Of a stretch of DNA of 64,000 bases, positions 1 to 10,780 are shown one piece after another (within the stretch, counting starts at the first letter, position 1; each line of letters starts with the position of its first letter). The notes under the pieces were generated by a model. The model had not been told where the DNA came from. It searched no databases and saw only the letters and a program-made list of their open reading frames with translations. This DNA comes from Escherichia coli. Lineage in GTDB: Bacteria; Pseudomonadota; Gammaproteobacteria; Enterobacterales; Enterobacteriaceae. The stretch is from NCBI RefSeq assembly GCF_003334815.1, contig NZ_QOWO01000016.1; one strand, written 5' to 3'. The position numbers and the translations under genes were made by a program.

Positions 1-329
1 ATGAGCGCGGTCAGTTTGCCTCGTATGATGTGGTGGACGATGTCCGGCAGATGCTCTTTAAGGCCCTGCTGGGCTGGAACCCGGAAGCGTGCGGTAACCC
101 GATTACCTATGACGGCGGCACGCTGCTGGATCTGAATCGTCATGAGCTGATTTATCAGTTCGATTTTTCGGTCATCAGCGAGCTGACCGAAGATGATACC
201 CGCCAGCAGGATGATCTGAACAGTCTGGATGAACTGCAAACGCTGGCGATTGATGTTGATTATCTCGAGCCCGGTAACGGGCCTGACGGCGATATCGAAC
301 ATCACACCGAAATAACCCTTCCTTCCTGA
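1..329 (+). CDS. phage virion morphogenesis protein, C-terminal fragment (ORF is open to the window start; Mu gp37-like position upstream of sheath)
   Basis: Frame open from position 3 to stop at 327-329; lies directly upstream of the sheath gene; identity inferred from synteny only. Confidence 0.35.
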   Translation, partial: ERGQFASYDVVDDVRQMLFKALLGWNPEACGNPITYDGGTLLDLNRHELIYQFDFSVISELTEDDTRQQDDLNSLDELQTLAIDVDYLEPGNGPDGDIEHHTEITLPS

Positions 330-337
330 GGATCCTC

Positions 338-508
338 ATGTTTGTCAAACCTGTTAAAGGGCGGTCAGTGCCTGACCCTGCCCGCGGCGACCTTTTGCCC
401 GCCGAAGGGCGAAATGTTGACGAGAACAACTACTGGCTGCGCCGTGAAGCAGCGGGTGATATCCGGCGCGTGAATAAAAAGGTGAACACCGATGACGATA
501 AGCTTTAA
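338..508 (+). CDS. small phage protein (~56 aa) between virion gene and sheath (Mu gp38-like position)
   Basis: ATG at 338, stop 506-508, overlaps sheath start; below ORF-track size cutoff; synteny with Mu-like tail modules. Confidence 0.3.
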   Translation: MFVKPVKGRSVPDPARGDLLPAEGRNVDENNYWLRREAAGDIRRVNKKVNTDDDKL

Positions 509-1988
509 CTCCATTCCGTCGAATACGCTGGTTCCGCTGTTTTATGCGGAAATGGATAACCAGGCGGCGAATACTGCACAGGACAGCGGAGCATCGCTGC
601 TGATTGGTCATGCCAGTAACGGTGCAGAGATTGTTGCCAACAGTCTGGTACTGATGCCGTCGGCAGACTATGCACGCCAGATTTGTGGTGCGGGAAGTCA
701 GCTGGCGCGTATGGTCGAGGCTTATCGCCAGACTGACCCGTTTGGCGAGCTGTATGTGATTGCCGTTCCTGAATCCACGGGCGCGGCGGCAACGGTTACG
801 CTGACGGTGACCGGGGCGGCAACCGAAACCGGCACGGTGAATGTGTATGTGGGACGTACCCGCGTGCAGGCACCGGTGACTAACGGCGATAACGTCACGA
901 TGATTGCCAGCAGTATCCAGGATGCCATCAATGCCGTTCCGACCCTGCCGTTTACGGCTTCATCTTCGGCAGGCGTGGTCACACTGACCGCGCGTCATAA
1001 GGGGCTTTGCGGGAATGAAATTCCTGTCAGCCTCAATTACTACGGCTTTGGTGGGGGCGAAGTGCTGCCAGCGGGCGTACAGATTGCCGTGGCGACGGGT
1101 ACCGCCGGAACGGGTGCTCCGGTTCTCACCGGCGCGGTGGCTGCAATGGCGGATGAGCCGTTTGATTATATCGGCCTGCCGTTCAACGACACGGCCTCCG
1201 TTAACACGCTGGTGACCGAGATGAACGATACCAGCGGTCGCTGGAGCTATGCGCGTCAGCTGTATGGTCATGTGTATACGGCAAAGATCGGCACGCTGTC
1301 AGAACTGGTGACCGCAGGTGACCAGTTTAACCAGCAGCACATTACCCTGGCGGGATACGAAAAAGAGACCCAGACGCCTGCCGACGAGCTGGTGGCAAGC
1401 CGTACCGCCCGCGCAGCGGTGTTTATTCGCAACGATCCGGCACGTCCCACGCAGACCGGTGAGCTGGTGGGTATGCTGCCTGCGCCGAAGGGGAAACGGT
1501 TCACGATGACCGAGCAGCAGACCCTGCTGTCTCATGGCGTGGCAACGGCGTATGTCGAAAGCGGGGTGCTGCGCATTCAGCGTGATGTCACCACGTACAG
1601 GAAAAACGCTTACGGTGTTGCGGATAACAGCTACCTCGACAGCGAGACGCTGCATACCAGCGCGTATGTGCTGCGCAAACTGAAATCCGTCATTACCAGT
1701 AAGTACGGGCGTCACAAGCTTGCCAGCGACGGTACCCGCTTTGGCCCCGGTCAGGCGATTGTCACACCGGCGGTGATCAAAGGGGAACTGCTGGCAACCT
1801 ACCGTCAGCTTGAGCGTGCGGGGATCGTGGAAAACTACGAACTGTTTAAGCAGTACCTGGTTGTGGAGCGTGATGCCAGCGATCCGAACCGCCTGAACAC
1901 GCTGTTCCCGCCTGACTATGTTAACCAGTTGCGTGTCTTTGCCGTGGTTAACCAGTTCCGTCTTCAGTATTCAGAGGAGTCTGCATAA
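492..1988 (+). CDS. contractile tail sheath protein (Mu gpL-like)
   Basis: 498-aa ORF, first of a sheath-tube-chaperone-tape measure series; N-terminus ...SIPSNTLVPLFYAEMDN... typical of Mu-type sheath proteins. Confidence 0.8.
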   Translation: MTISFNSIPSNTLVPLFYAEMDNQAANTAQDSGASLLIGHASNGAEIVANSLVLMPSADYARQICGAGSQLARMVEAYRQTDPFGELYVIAVPESTGAAATVTLTVTGAATETGTVNVYVGRTRVQAPVTNGDNVTMIASSIQDAINAVPTLPFTASSSAGVVTLTARHKGLCGNEIPVSLNYYGFGGGEVLPAGVQIAVATGTAGTGAPVLTGAVAAMADEPFDYIGLPFNDTASVNTLVTEMNDTSGRWSYARQLYGHVYTAKIGTLSELVTAGDQFNQQHITLAGYEKETQTPADELVASRTARAAVFIRNDPARPTQTGELVGMLPAPKGKRFTMTEQQTLLSHGVATAYVESGVLRIQRDVTTYRKNAYGVADNSYLDSETLHTSAYVLRKLKSVITSKYGRHKLASDGTRFGPGQAIVTPAVIKGELLATYRQLERAGIVENYELFKQYLVVERDASDPNRLNTLFPPDYVNQLRVFAVVNQFRLQYSEESA

Positions 1989-2344
1989 TGGCCCGTATCG
2001 GGGGAACCTGTTATTTCAAAATTGACGGTCAGCAGCTATCGCTGACCGGCGGCATTGAGGTGCCCATGAACAGGACGGTCAATGATGACATCATCGGCCT
2101 GGACGGTTCAGTGGACCGCAAGGAAACTCACCGTGCGCCTTATGTCAAAGGGACCTTCAAGGTGCCGAAGAATTTTCCGGTGAGCAAAATCACCTCGTCT
2201 GATGAGATGACCATCACTGCCGAGCTGGCGAACGGTCAGGTCTATGTACTGTCGTCCGCCTGGCTGCACGGCGAAGCGAACCATAATGCCGAAGAAGGTA
2301 CGGTTGATCTTGAGTTCCACGGTGAAGAAGGGGATTACCAGTAA
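1988..2344 (+). CDS. tail tube protein (Mu gpM-like)
   Basis: 118-aa ORF, start overlaps sheath stop (TAATG), position after sheath. Confidence 0.7.
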   Translation: MARIGGTCYFKIDGQQLSLTGGIEVPMNRTVNDDIIGLDGSVDRKETHRAPYVKGTFKVPKNFPVSKITSSDEMTITAELANGQVYVLSSAWLHGEANHNAEEGTVDLEFHGEEGDYQ

Positions 2345-2613
2345 TGAAAGAGCTTGAGTTAAAGAAACCGATTACTGCTCATGGCGAGACACTCTCCGTA
2401 CTGGAGTTTGATGAACCCACCGGGAAGGACGTCCGCGAGCTGGGGTATCCCTACCAGATGAATCAGGATGAGTCAGTCAGACTTCTGGCGCATGTGGTGT
2501 CGAAATACATTGTGCGGCTGGCGAAAGTGCCGCAAAGCTCTGTCGACCAGATGTCTCCGGCAGACCTGAATGCAGCGGCGTGGCTTGTGGCCGGTTTTTT
2601 CCTCCAGGCCTGA
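2344..2613 (+). CDS. tail assembly chaperone, with probable -1 frameshift extension to 2762
   Basis: 89-aa ORF between tube and tape measure; U UUU UUC slippery run at 2595-2601; -1 frame ORF 2580..2762 overlaps. Confidence 0.6.
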   Translation: MKELELKKPITAHGETLSVLEFDEPTGKDVRELGYPYQMNQDESVRLLAHVVSKYIVRLAKVPQSSVDQMSPADLNAAAWLVAGFFLQA

Positions 2614-2754
2614 CGGCTGAATACCTCACTGATCGCTTCTTTGACTGCGCCAGCTACTGGCGCATTAATCCTTTCGAATTGCTGAATATGCCGATCAGTG
2701 AAATTCCCTTGCTGGTCAGTCAGGCAAACAGGATAGAGCAGGAGAAACGCACAC

Positions 2755-4590
2755 ATGGCTGAATTTGAGCTTAAGGCGTTGATCACCGGTGTCGACAGGC
2801 TTTCTCCCGCGCTGTCGAAAATGCAAAAGAAAATCCGGGGATTTAAACGCCAGGCGGAAGAAGCGTCACAGGGGGGGCTGGCGCTTGGTGGCGGACTGGC
2901 AGCGGGTCTGACGCTTTCCCTGAAATCTTATGCCGATCAGGAAAACGCTGCCACCGGGCTGAAAGTCGCCATGATGGATGCGAACGGCGAGGTTGGAAAG
3001 CGCTTTCAGGACATCAATAAACTGGCTATTGGCCTGGGTAACCAGCTACCCGGTACAACGGCTGATTTCCAGAACATGATGCAGATGCTGGTGCGTCAGG
3101 GGATCCCGGCAGAAAACATTCTTGGCGGTGTGGGTAAAGCGACAGCTTATCTTGCGGTACAACTGAAAAAAACACCGGAAGCGGCTGCCGAGTTTGCCGC
3201 AAAGATGCAGGATGCTACCGGAACGGCGTCAGAAGACATGATGGGGCTGTTCGACACAATTCAGAAGGCGTTTTATCTGGGCGTTGACGATACCAACATG
3301 TTGTCCTTCTTCACTAAAACCAGCTCTGTTCTGAAGATGGTGAACAAGGACGGTCTTCAGGCTGCACAGAGCCTTGCCCCCATCAGCGTCATGATGGATC
3401 AGATGGGGATGAACGGGGAGTCGGCAGGTAACGCCCTGCGAAAAGTTATCCAGTCCGGATTAAGCGTTAAGAAAATCAGGGACGTCAATAAAATCATGGC
3501 CCGCCAGAAACTCGGGGTACAGCTCGATTTTACTGACGGCAAAGGGAGTTTTGGCGGTCTTGATAACATGTTCAGGCAACTGGCAAAGCTGCGAAAACTG
3601 ACCGACGTTAAACGAACTGGTGTACTTAAGGCAATATTTGGTGATGATGCTGAAACCCTTCAGGTGGTCAATGCGCTGATCGATAAAGGAAAGGATGGTT
3701 ACGATCAGATCCAGCAGAAGATGAATAAACAGGCCAGCCTGAATAAACGTGTTCAGGCACAGCTTGGTACGCTGTCCAACCTGTGGGAGGCAATGACGGG
3801 GACCGCAACTAACGGTCTTGCAGCTATTGGCGGCGCATTTTCTGGTGACGCTAAAAATATCACGCAATGGCTGGGGGAGTTGGGGGAAAAATTCACGAAG
3901 TTTGCGGATGAAAATCCCCGGGTTATTCGCGGCGTCGTCGGGCTTGCTGCCGGTCTTGCGATTCTGAAACTGGGATTGATGGGCGTGGGCGGTGCCATCA
4001 GTATTGTCAGCAGGATCATGTCGATGACGCCGATTGGCATGATTGCGACGGCGATAGCCCTGGCTGCGGGATTAATTATCACTAACTGGGATGTTGTCGG
4101 ACCTTATTTCAAGAAGCTCTGGGAAACCATTGGTCCTTATTTTGAGGCTGGCTGGGAACTCCTTAAGAAAGTTTTTGCCTGGTCGCCGCTGGGGATGGTG
4201 ATCAATAACTGGGGGCCGGTTGTTAAGTGGTTTCAGGATATGTGGGACAAGCTGAAGCCAATTATTGAGTGGTTTACCGACAGTTCCGGTGACACGGTCG
4301 ATGCCATTAACTCTGCGCAGTGGGGCGCGGGTGCTTATGATGCTTATGGGACGGGAATACCGGCGCGGGGATACACACCTTATCCGGCGGTAGAGCCGGC
4401 TCAGTCAAACAACGCCTCCGATGCCACAGGCCCGAATCCCTTCATGATCAACAAAGCTTCTGCGCCAAAAGTTGATGGTGAGATCAAGGTCTCTTTTGTG
4501 AATTCGCCTCCGGGTATGCGGGTTATGGAAACGCGATCCAGCGGTTTTGATGTCAGCCATGATGTTGGCTATACGCGCTTTGGCAGGTAA
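2755..4590 (+). CDS. tail tape measure protein
   Basis: 611-aa ORF, Ala/Gly-rich, hydrophobic stretch near residues 380-440, position after chaperone. Confidence 0.75.
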   Translation: MAEFELKALITGVDRLSPALSKMQKKIRGFKRQAEEASQGGLALGGGLAAGLTLSLKSYADQENAATGLKVAMMDANGEVGKRFQDINKLAIGLGNQLPGTTADFQNMMQMLVRQGIPAENILGGVGKATAYLAVQLKKTPEAAAEFAAKMQDATGTASEDMMGLFDTIQKAFYLGVDDTNMLSFFTKTSSVLKMVNKDGLQAAQSLAPISVMMDQMGMNGESAGNALRKVIQSGLSVKKIRDVNKIMARQKLGVQLDFTDGKGSFGGLDNMFRQLAKLRKLTDVKRTGVLKAIFGDDAETLQVVNALIDKGKDGYDQIQQKMNKQASLNKRVQAQLGTLSNLWEAMTGTATNGLAAIGGAFSGDAKNITQWLGELGEKFTKFADENPRVIRGVVGLAAGLAILKLGLMGVGGAISIVSRIMSMTPIGMIATAIALAAGLIITNWDVVGPYFKKLWETIGPYFEAGWELLKKVFAWSPLGMVINNWGPVVKWFQDMWDKLKPIIEWFTDSSGDTVDAINSAQWGAGAYDAYGTGIPARGYTPYPAVEPAQSNNASDATGPNPFMINKASAPKVDGEIKVSFVNSPPGMRVMETRSSGFDVSHDVGYTRFGR

Positions 4591-4650
4591 TGAAAAATTA
4601 ATCTGTTAATGAGTCCCACTCCGGTGGGATTTTTTATGTACGGAGTTTAT

Positions 4651-5979
4651 ATGACGTGGAAAGACAGACTTCAGGACGCGTCATTTCGCGGTGTGCCGTT
4701 TAAGGTTGAAGAAGAAAGTGCGGGAACCGGTCGCCGTGTGGAAACACATGAATACCCGAACCGCGACAAACCCTATACCGAAGACCTGGGGAAAATCACT
4801 TTCCGCCCGTCCATCACGGCTTATGTGGTGGGAGATGACTGTTTTGACCAGCGCGATCGCCTGATTGACGCGCTGAATAAACCCGGTCCCGGCACGCTTG
4901 TCCATCCGACATACGGTGAGCTGAAAGTCTGTGTTGACGGGGAAGTTCGGGTCAGCACATCGAAAAGTGAAGGACGTATTGTCCGCTTTGACCTGAAGTT
5001 TGTCGAAGCGGGAGAACTCTCTTACCCCACATCAGGTGCGGCGACGGCGCAGACGCTGATGTCATCCTGTTCTGCACTGGATGACTGCATCAGTGACAGT
5101 TTCAGTAGTTTCAGTATCGATGGCGTGGCAGATTTTGTGCAGAACGACGTCGTCGGTAATGCCAGCACAATGCTTGGGTATGTTTCTGATGCGATGAAAG
5201 TGGTGGATTCTGCCGTATCGGATGCCGCCAGGCTGTTGCAGGGGGATATCTCGGTACTTCTGCCGCCGCCATCGTCAGGCAAAAATTTCGTTGAGCAGGT
5301 GCAGAAAATGTGGCGTACCGGGAAACGCCTTTATGGTAACGCCAGCGACCTGGTCACCATGATCAAAACGCTTTCCGGTGTCAGCCTCGGCAGCGATCTG
5401 CAACCGCGCGGCGTCTGGAAAACGGACAGTAAAACCACCGCCACGGCTACGCAGCAGCGTAACGTGGTTGCCAGCACCCTTCGTACGACCGCAATCAGCG
5501 AAGCGGCGTATGCCGTCACCCGATTGCCTGCGCCAACAACTTCCGCGGTGATGCAGAATGCCGCAGTGGGGCAGGCAACAACACCTGCGCAGAGCACTGG
5601 CTGGCCTTCCGTCACGCATCCGGCACTGAACAATGCACCGGCGGTGAAAAACACAGTTGACCTGCCGACGTGGGAAGAACTGACTGACATTCGCGACACA
5701 CTGAATACGGCAATTGATAAGGAGTTGTCCCGTACAACCAGTGATGCGCTGTTTCTGGCGCTGCGCCGGGTGAAAGCAGATCTGAATGCGGATATCAACA
5801 CGCGCCTTGAACAGTCTGCACGGATCATTCAGCGCACGCCGGATGAGGTTTTACCCGCGCTGGTGCTGGCGGCGACCTGGTTTGATAACGCGGCGCGTGA
5901 CGCGGACATTATCCGGCGTAATGCCATTACGCATCCCGGCTTTGTGCCGGTGATCCCTCTGAAGGTGCCAGTGCAATGA
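4651..5979 (+). CDS. DNA circulation protein (Mu gpN-like)
   Basis: N-terminus MTWKDRLQDASFRGVPF... typical of Mu N family; ATG 4651 with GGAG upstream (ORF track starts earlier at 4609). Confidence 0.7.
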   Translation: MTWKDRLQDASFRGVPFKVEEESAGTGRRVETHEYPNRDKPYTEDLGKITFRPSITAYVVGDDCFDQRDRLIDALNKPGPGTLVHPTYGELKVCVDGEVRVSTSKSEGRIVRFDLKFVEAGELSYPTSGAATAQTLMSSCSALDDCISDSFSSFSIDGVADFVQNDVVGNASTMLGYVSDAMKVVDSAVSDAARLLQGDISVLLPPPSSGKNFVEQVQKMWRTGKRLYGNASDLVTMIKTLSGVSLGSDLQPRGVWKTDSKTTATATQQRNVVASTLRTTAISEAAYAVTRLPAPTTSAVMQNAAVGQATTPAQSTGWPSVTHPALNNAPAVKNTVDLPTWEELTDIRDTLNTAIDKELSRTTSDALFLALRRVKADLNADINTRLEQSARIIQRTPDEVLPALVLAATWFDNAARDADIIRRNAITHPGFVPVIPLKVPVQ

Positions 5980-7055
5980 ACGATAACGTCACGCTACGGG
6001 TAAATGGCCGGGAGTGGAATGGCTGGACATCGGTGCGCATCGGTGCCGGTATTGAACGGCTGGCGCGGGATTTCAGTGTGGAGATCACTCGCCAGTGGCC
6101 GGGAGATGAGGGTATCACCACGCTTCAGCCGCGCATTAAAAACGGTTCAAAAGTGGAAGTGCTGATTGGTGATGAGCTGGTGATCACCGGCTGGGTGGAG
6201 GCGACGCCCGTTCGGTACGATGCCCGTTCGGTCAGCACCGGTATTGCCGGACGCAGTCTGACGGCTGACCTGATTGACTGTGCAGCCGAACCGACACAGT
6301 TTAACGGACGCTCGCTGGTGCAGATTGCGCAGGCGCTTGCTGCGCCTTTCGGTATTGAGGTGGTGAACAGCGGTGCGCCGTCGGGTGTTATTCCTGATGT
6401 TCAGCCTGATCACGGTGAAACGGTGATTGAGGTAATCAACAAAATACTCGGTCAGCAGCAGGCGCTGGCTTACGACGACCCGCACGGCAGGCTGGTGATT
6501 GGCGGTATTGGCTCAACGCGGGCACATACCGCGCTGGTACTTGGGGAAAACATCCTTTCCTGTGATACGGAGAAGAGTATCCGGGAGCGGTTTTCTGTTT
6601 ACCAGGTGGCGGGGCAGCGTGCCGGAAACGACGATGATTTCGGTGAGGCCACCACCACCGCGCTGCGGGCCCGCACAGAGGACGCATTTATTGCCCGTTA
6701 CCGTCCGATGTATATCAGGCAGACAGGGCAGGCTACGGGGGCAGGCTGTATTGCGCGTGCTGACTTTGAAGCCCGGCAACGGGCGGCGCGGACGGATGAA
6801 ACCACCTATGTGGTGCAGGGCTGGCGACAGGGTAACGGTACGCTGTGGCAACCCAACCAGCGGGTGATTGTCTTTGATCCGGTCTGTGGTTTTGACAATA
6901 CCGAACTGCTTGTTTCGGAAGTCACGTTTACTCAGGACCAGAACGGCACCCTGACGGAAATCCGTGTCGGCCCGCCTGATGCTTATCTGCCTGAACCTGA
7001 AGCCCCCGGCGCGCGGAAAAAGAAAAAAGCCAGAGTACAGGAGGACCCGTTCTGA
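5976..7055 (+). CDS. baseplate hub/tail protein (Mu gpP-like)
   Basis: 359-aa ORF, overlapping starts/stops with neighbours, synteny. Confidence 0.65.
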   Translation: MNDNVTLRVNGREWNGWTSVRIGAGIERLARDFSVEITRQWPGDEGITTLQPRIKNGSKVEVLIGDELVITGWVEATPVRYDARSVSTGIAGRSLTADLIDCAAEPTQFNGRSLVQIAQALAAPFGIEVVNSGAPSGVIPDVQPDHGETVIEVINKILGQQQALAYDDPHGRLVIGGIGSTRAHTALVLGENILSCDTEKSIRERFSVYQVAGQRAGNDDDFGEATTTALRARTEDAFIARYRPMYIRQTGQATGAGCIARADFEARQRAARTDETTYVVQGWRQGNGTLWQPNQRVIVFDPVCGFDNTELLVSEVTFTQDQNGTLTEIRVGPPDAYLPEPEAPGARKKKKARVQEDPF

Positions 7056-7603
7056 TGAGGACGATTGAAGCCATGCAGCGACAACTTCTCGGCCTGATTG
7101 GGCGGGCAGTGGTGAAAAGCATCAGTGCCGCCACGAAATGTCAGACCGTGGATGTGTCCCTGATTGCCGGTGAACCCAAAGCCGGGGTTGAACATCTTGA
7201 ACCCTACGGTTTTACCGCAAGGGCAAACAGCGGTGCGGAAGCGGTGGTGTTGTTTCCGGATGGCGACCGTTCTCATGCGGTGGTTGTTACGGTGTCGGAC
7301 CGGCGCTACCGCCTGAAAGGGCTGCAGACGGGTGAGGTGGCTGTCTATGACGATCAGGGGCAGTCTGTGACGCTGACCCGGGAGGGGATCGTGGTGGACG
7401 GTGCAGGTAAAACGATCACGTTTCGCAATGCGCCCAGAGCACGTTTTGAAATGGACCTGGAAGTGACCGGACAGGTGAAAGACCTGTGCGACTCCGGCGG
7501 CACCACCATGTCAGCGATGCGGCTTGCCTATAACGGCCATTGTCACAGAGAGAACGGTCAGGGCAGTAACACCGACAAACCGGATAAAGCGATGGAGGCA
7601 TGA
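7055..7603 (+). CDS. baseplate assembly protein V / spike (Mu gp45-like)
   Basis: 182-aa ORF, synteny in baseplate block. Confidence 0.6.
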   Translation: MRTIEAMQRQLLGLIGRAVVKSISAATKCQTVDVSLIAGEPKAGVEHLEPYGFTARANSGAEAVVLFPDGDRSHAVVVTVSDRRYRLKGLQTGEVAVYDDQGQSVTLTREGIVVDGAGKTITFRNAPRARFEMDLEVTGQVKDLCDSGGTTMSAMRLAYNGHCHRENGQGSNTDKPDKAMEA

Positions 7604-8028
7604 TGGAACTGTGGCTGACGGTGAACGGTAAACGCACCTGCGCCAGCGCACCGCTGGATCCGCTGACCCGCGCCGTGGTGATTTCCCTGTTTACCTGGCG
7701 GCGGGCGGAGCCTGATGACAATGCCGACGTCCCGATGGGATGGTGGGGGGATACCTGGCCTGCGGTACAGAATGACCGTTACGGCTCCCGGCTGTGGCTG
7801 CTTCAGCGCGGCAAACTGACCAATCAGCTGGTGCAGACGGTAAGGGGGTATATCCGCGAATGCCTGCAATGGATGATTGATGACGGTGTGGTGTCCCGTA
7901 TTGATCTGGATATCCGCCGCACCGGGATTAATGAACTGGGTAACAGTATCACTCTCTGGCGTCGTGACGGACCGGTAATGATTTCTTTTGATGATCTGTG
8001 GAGTGCGATAACGCATGGCGGACAGTGA
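7600..8028 (+). CDS. baseplate protein (Mu gp46-like, GPW/gp25 family)
   Basis: 142-aa ORF, synteny. Confidence 0.6.
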   Translation: MMELWLTVNGKRTCASAPLDPLTRAVVISLFTWRRAEPDDNADVPMGWWGDTWPAVQNDRYGSRLWLLQRGKLTNQLVQTVRGYIRECLQWMIDDGVVSRIDLDIRRTGINELGNSITLWRRDGPVMISFDDLWSAITHGGQ

Positions 8029-9073
8029 ATTTCAGCGCCCGACGCTGGCAGAAAATATCAGTATGCTCCGTAACGATTTATTCGCCAGGCTGGACGTCAG
8101 CGACACGCTCCGGCGCATGGATGAAGACGTGCGGGCAAAGGTGTATGCGGCGGCGCTGCATACGGTTTACGGTTACATCGATTATCTGGCAATGAACATG
8201 CTGCCTGACCTGTGCGATGAGTCCTGGCTGGCGCGACATGCTGCGATGAAACGGTGTCCGCGCAAGGGGGCCACGTCTGCCAGCGGGTATATGCGCTGGG
8301 AAGGTGTCAGCGATGGCCTGAAGGTGACCGCCGGGAGTGTTATTCAGCGCGATGACCTGGTTCAGTACACGGCAACTTCTGATGCAACCAGCTCAGGTGG
8401 AGTCCTGCGCGTGCCGATCGCCTGCTCAACTGCAGGCGCGGTCGGTAACGCTGACGACGGTACGGCATTAATCCTGGTCACGCCGGTGAATGGTCTGCCG
8501 TCTTCCGGTGTGGCAGATACCCTGACTGGCGGATTCGATACTGAAGATCTGGAAACGTGGCGCGCCCGCGTCATTGAGCGGTATTACTGGACGCCGCAGG
8601 GCGGGGCTGACGGGGACTATGTCGTCTGGGCTAAAGAAGTGCCCGGCATTACCCGCGCATGGACATACCGTCACTGGATGGGAACGGGGACTGTCGGTGT
8701 GATGATTGCCGGCAGTGACCTGATTAATCCCATTCCGGAAGAATCAACGGAAACGGCGGCAAGACAACATATCGGGCCACTGGCCCCGGTGGCAGGCTCT
8801 GATTTGTATGTGTTCAGGCCGGCGGCGCATACGGTGGATTTTCATATCCGCGTGACGCCGGACACACCAGAAATACGGGCTGCCATTACCGCGGAGTTGC
8901 GTTCGTTCCTGCTGCGTGATGGTTATCCGCAGGGAGAACTGAAGGTATCGCGTATCAGTGAGGCGATTTCCGGTGCGAACGGGGAATACAGCCATCAGTT
9001 GCTTGCACCGGCGGACAATATCTCCATTGCAAAAAATGAACTGGCGGTTCTGGGGACGATTTCATGGACGTGA
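8015..9073 (+). CDS. baseplate J-like wedge protein (Mu gp47-like)
   Basis: 352-aa ORF, synteny. Confidence 0.7.
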   Translation: MADSEFQRPTLAENISMLRNDLFARLDVSDTLRRMDEDVRAKVYAAALHTVYGYIDYLAMNMLPDLCDESWLARHAAMKRCPRKGATSASGYMRWEGVSDGLKVTAGSVIQRDDLVQYTATSDATSSGGVLRVPIACSTAGAVGNADDGTALILVTPVNGLPSSGVADTLTGGFDTEDLETWRARVIERYYWTPQGGADGDYVVWAKEVPGITRAWTYRHWMGTGTVGVMIAGSDLINPIPEESTETAARQHIGPLAPVAGSDLYVFRPAAHTVDFHIRVTPDTPEIRAAITAELRSFLLRDGYPQGELKVSRISEAISGANGEYSHQLLAPADNISIAKNELAVLGTISWT

Positions 9074-9648
9074 CAAACGATGATTACATCCGTCTGTTGT
9101 CGGCACTGCTGCCGCCCGGTCCGGCGTGGTCAGCCAGCGATCCGGCGATTGCCGGTACGGCACCGTCATTAACCCGTGTTCATCAGCGTGCGGATGCCCT
9201 GATGCGGGAGCTGGATCCGCGCACCACCACCGAACTGATAAACCGCTGGGAGCGTCTGTGCGGCCTGCCGGATGAATGTATTCCTACAGGGACACAGACC
9301 CTTCGCCAGCGCCAGCAACGGCTGGATGCGAAGGTTAACCTGTCGGGTGGCATCAACGAGGATTTTTATCTTGCACAGCTTGCTGCCCTGGGCAGACCAG
9401 ATGCTACCATCACGCGATACGACAAAAGCACGTTCACCTGCTCATCGGCCTGTACTGACGCGGTGAATGCGCCGGAATGGCGGTATTACTGGCAGATCAA
9501 CATGCCAGCCGCCACCAACACCACCTGGATGACATGTGGCGATCCCTGTGATTCCGCACTGCGTATCTGGGGCGACACCGTTGTCGAATGTGTGCTTAAC
9601 AAACTCTGCCCGTCGCATACCTACGTAATTTTTAAATATCCGGAGTAA
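9064..9648 (+). CDS. tail/baseplate protein (Mu gp48-like)
   Basis: 194-aa ORF preceding the tail fibre gene. Confidence 0.6.
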   Translation: MDVTNDDYIRLLSALLPPGPAWSASDPAIAGTAPSLTRVHQRADALMRELDPRTTTELINRWERLCGLPDECIPTGTQTLRQRQQRLDAKVNLSGGINEDFYLAQLAALGRPDATITRYDKSTFTCSSACTDAVNAPEWRYYWQINMPAATNTTWMTCGDPCDSALRIWGDTVVECVLNKLCPSHTYVIFKYPE

Positions 9649-9651
9649 TCC

Positions 9652-10332
9652 ATGCATCGTATAGACACGAAAACCGCGCAGAAGGATAAGTTCGGCGCGG
9701 GTAAGAACGGTTTTACCCGTGGTAACCCCCAGACTGGCACGCCTGCCACCGATCTGGATGATGACTACTTTGATATGTTGCAGGAAGAACTCTGCAGCGT
9801 GGTGGAGGCATCCGGTGCCAGCCTGGAGAAGGCGCGGCACGACCAGTTGCTTACCGCGCTTCGTGCGCTGCTGTTAAGCCGCAAGAATCCGTTTGGCGAT
9901 ATCAAATCGGATGGCACGGTGAAAACGGCTCTCGAAAACCTTGGTTTGGGAGAAGCGGCAACGAGGAACGTCGGAACGGATACCGGGCAAGTACCAGATA
10001 TGAGTAGTTTTACAACGGGGTACTCTGGAGCAGCAGACTGGCCGAATAGTAAATCTGGATGGAGTAAGGGGCCGGATGGGGTAATTACACAATGGGGTAT
10101 TTTCGGTTTCCCCGTTGGACAGACAGGGACGAATGTTGTTTTCCCGCTACCTTTCCCCGCGCGGGTCGAATCAATTACACTGACAATGGCAGATATCCAG
10201 GAGTCTCTGCTTTCTCCAGCAACCATGCCTGCTTATGGAGTTAACTCAACTGGTACTTCAAGAACGGGTTTTACAGCCCGTATGTCAGGCGCCGGTGGGT
10301 TTAATCTTTGCTATATAGCGAAAGGGAGATAA
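9652..10332 (+). CDS. tail fibre protein: constant N-terminal part (Sc, to ~9945) fused to variable C-terminal part Sv
   Basis: 226-aa ORF; [15 protein letters not shown]-terminal fibre motif; gix-like crossover site inside the gene at 9930-9956. Confidence 0.75.
   Translation: MHRIDTKTAQKDKFGAGKNGFTRGNPQTGTPATDLDDDYFDMLQEELCSVVEASGASLEKARHDQLLTALRALLLSRKNPFGDIKSDGTVKTALENLGLGEAATRNVGTDTGQVPDMSSFTTGYSGAADWPNSKSGWSKGPDGVITQWGIFGFPVGQTGTNVVFPLPFPARVESITLTMADIQESLLSPATMPAYGVNSTGTSRTGFTARMSGAGGFNLCYIAKGR
9930..9956. other. gix/hix-like invertase crossover site (left), inside tail fibre gene
   Basis: tctcgaaaaccttggtttgggagaagc; core ttggtttgggagaa is repeated in inverted orientation at 11822-11847. 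Confidence 0.7.
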
Positions 10333-10336
10333 CAGA

Positions 10337-10780
10337 ATGAATAAAGTTAAAAGTGTTTACAGCCCGTCCGAAAATGCAATCTACAACGCAGCGCTATATG
10401 AAAGTTATATCAAGGAGGGGACATGGCCGCAGGATGGTATTGAAATCAGCGATGAGGATGCTGTCAGATTTAATGGGGGAAATAAGCCAACAGGAAAAAT
10501 GCTGGGAATGGTTTCAGGGACCCTTGCATGGGTTGATGAGCCGCCGCTTTCACCAGAACAGAAAATATCAGATGCAGAAAACATGAAAGCCACATTTCGT
10601 GCAAAAGCTGACAGTGAAATATCCTGGCGTCAGGATGCTGTTGATGCTGGTATCGCAACTGATGAAGAAACTTCAACTCTCACCCAATGGAAGAAATACC
10701 GTGTGCTGCTGATGCGTGTTGATACTTCAACAGCACCCGATATTGAATGGCCTACGCCTCCGGCAGTCCAGGCCAGATGA
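10337..10780 (+). CDS. tail fibre assembly chaperone (U)
   Basis: 147-aa ORF with C-terminal ...DTSTAPDIEWPTPP Tfa motif. Confidence 0.75.
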   Translation: MNKVKSVYSPSENAIYNAALYESYIKEGTWPQDGIEISDEDAVRFNGGNKPTGKMLGMVSGTLAWVDEPPLSPEQKISDAENMKATFRAKADSEISWRQDAVDAGIATDEETSTLTQWKKYRVLLMRVDTSTAPDIEWPTPPAVQAR

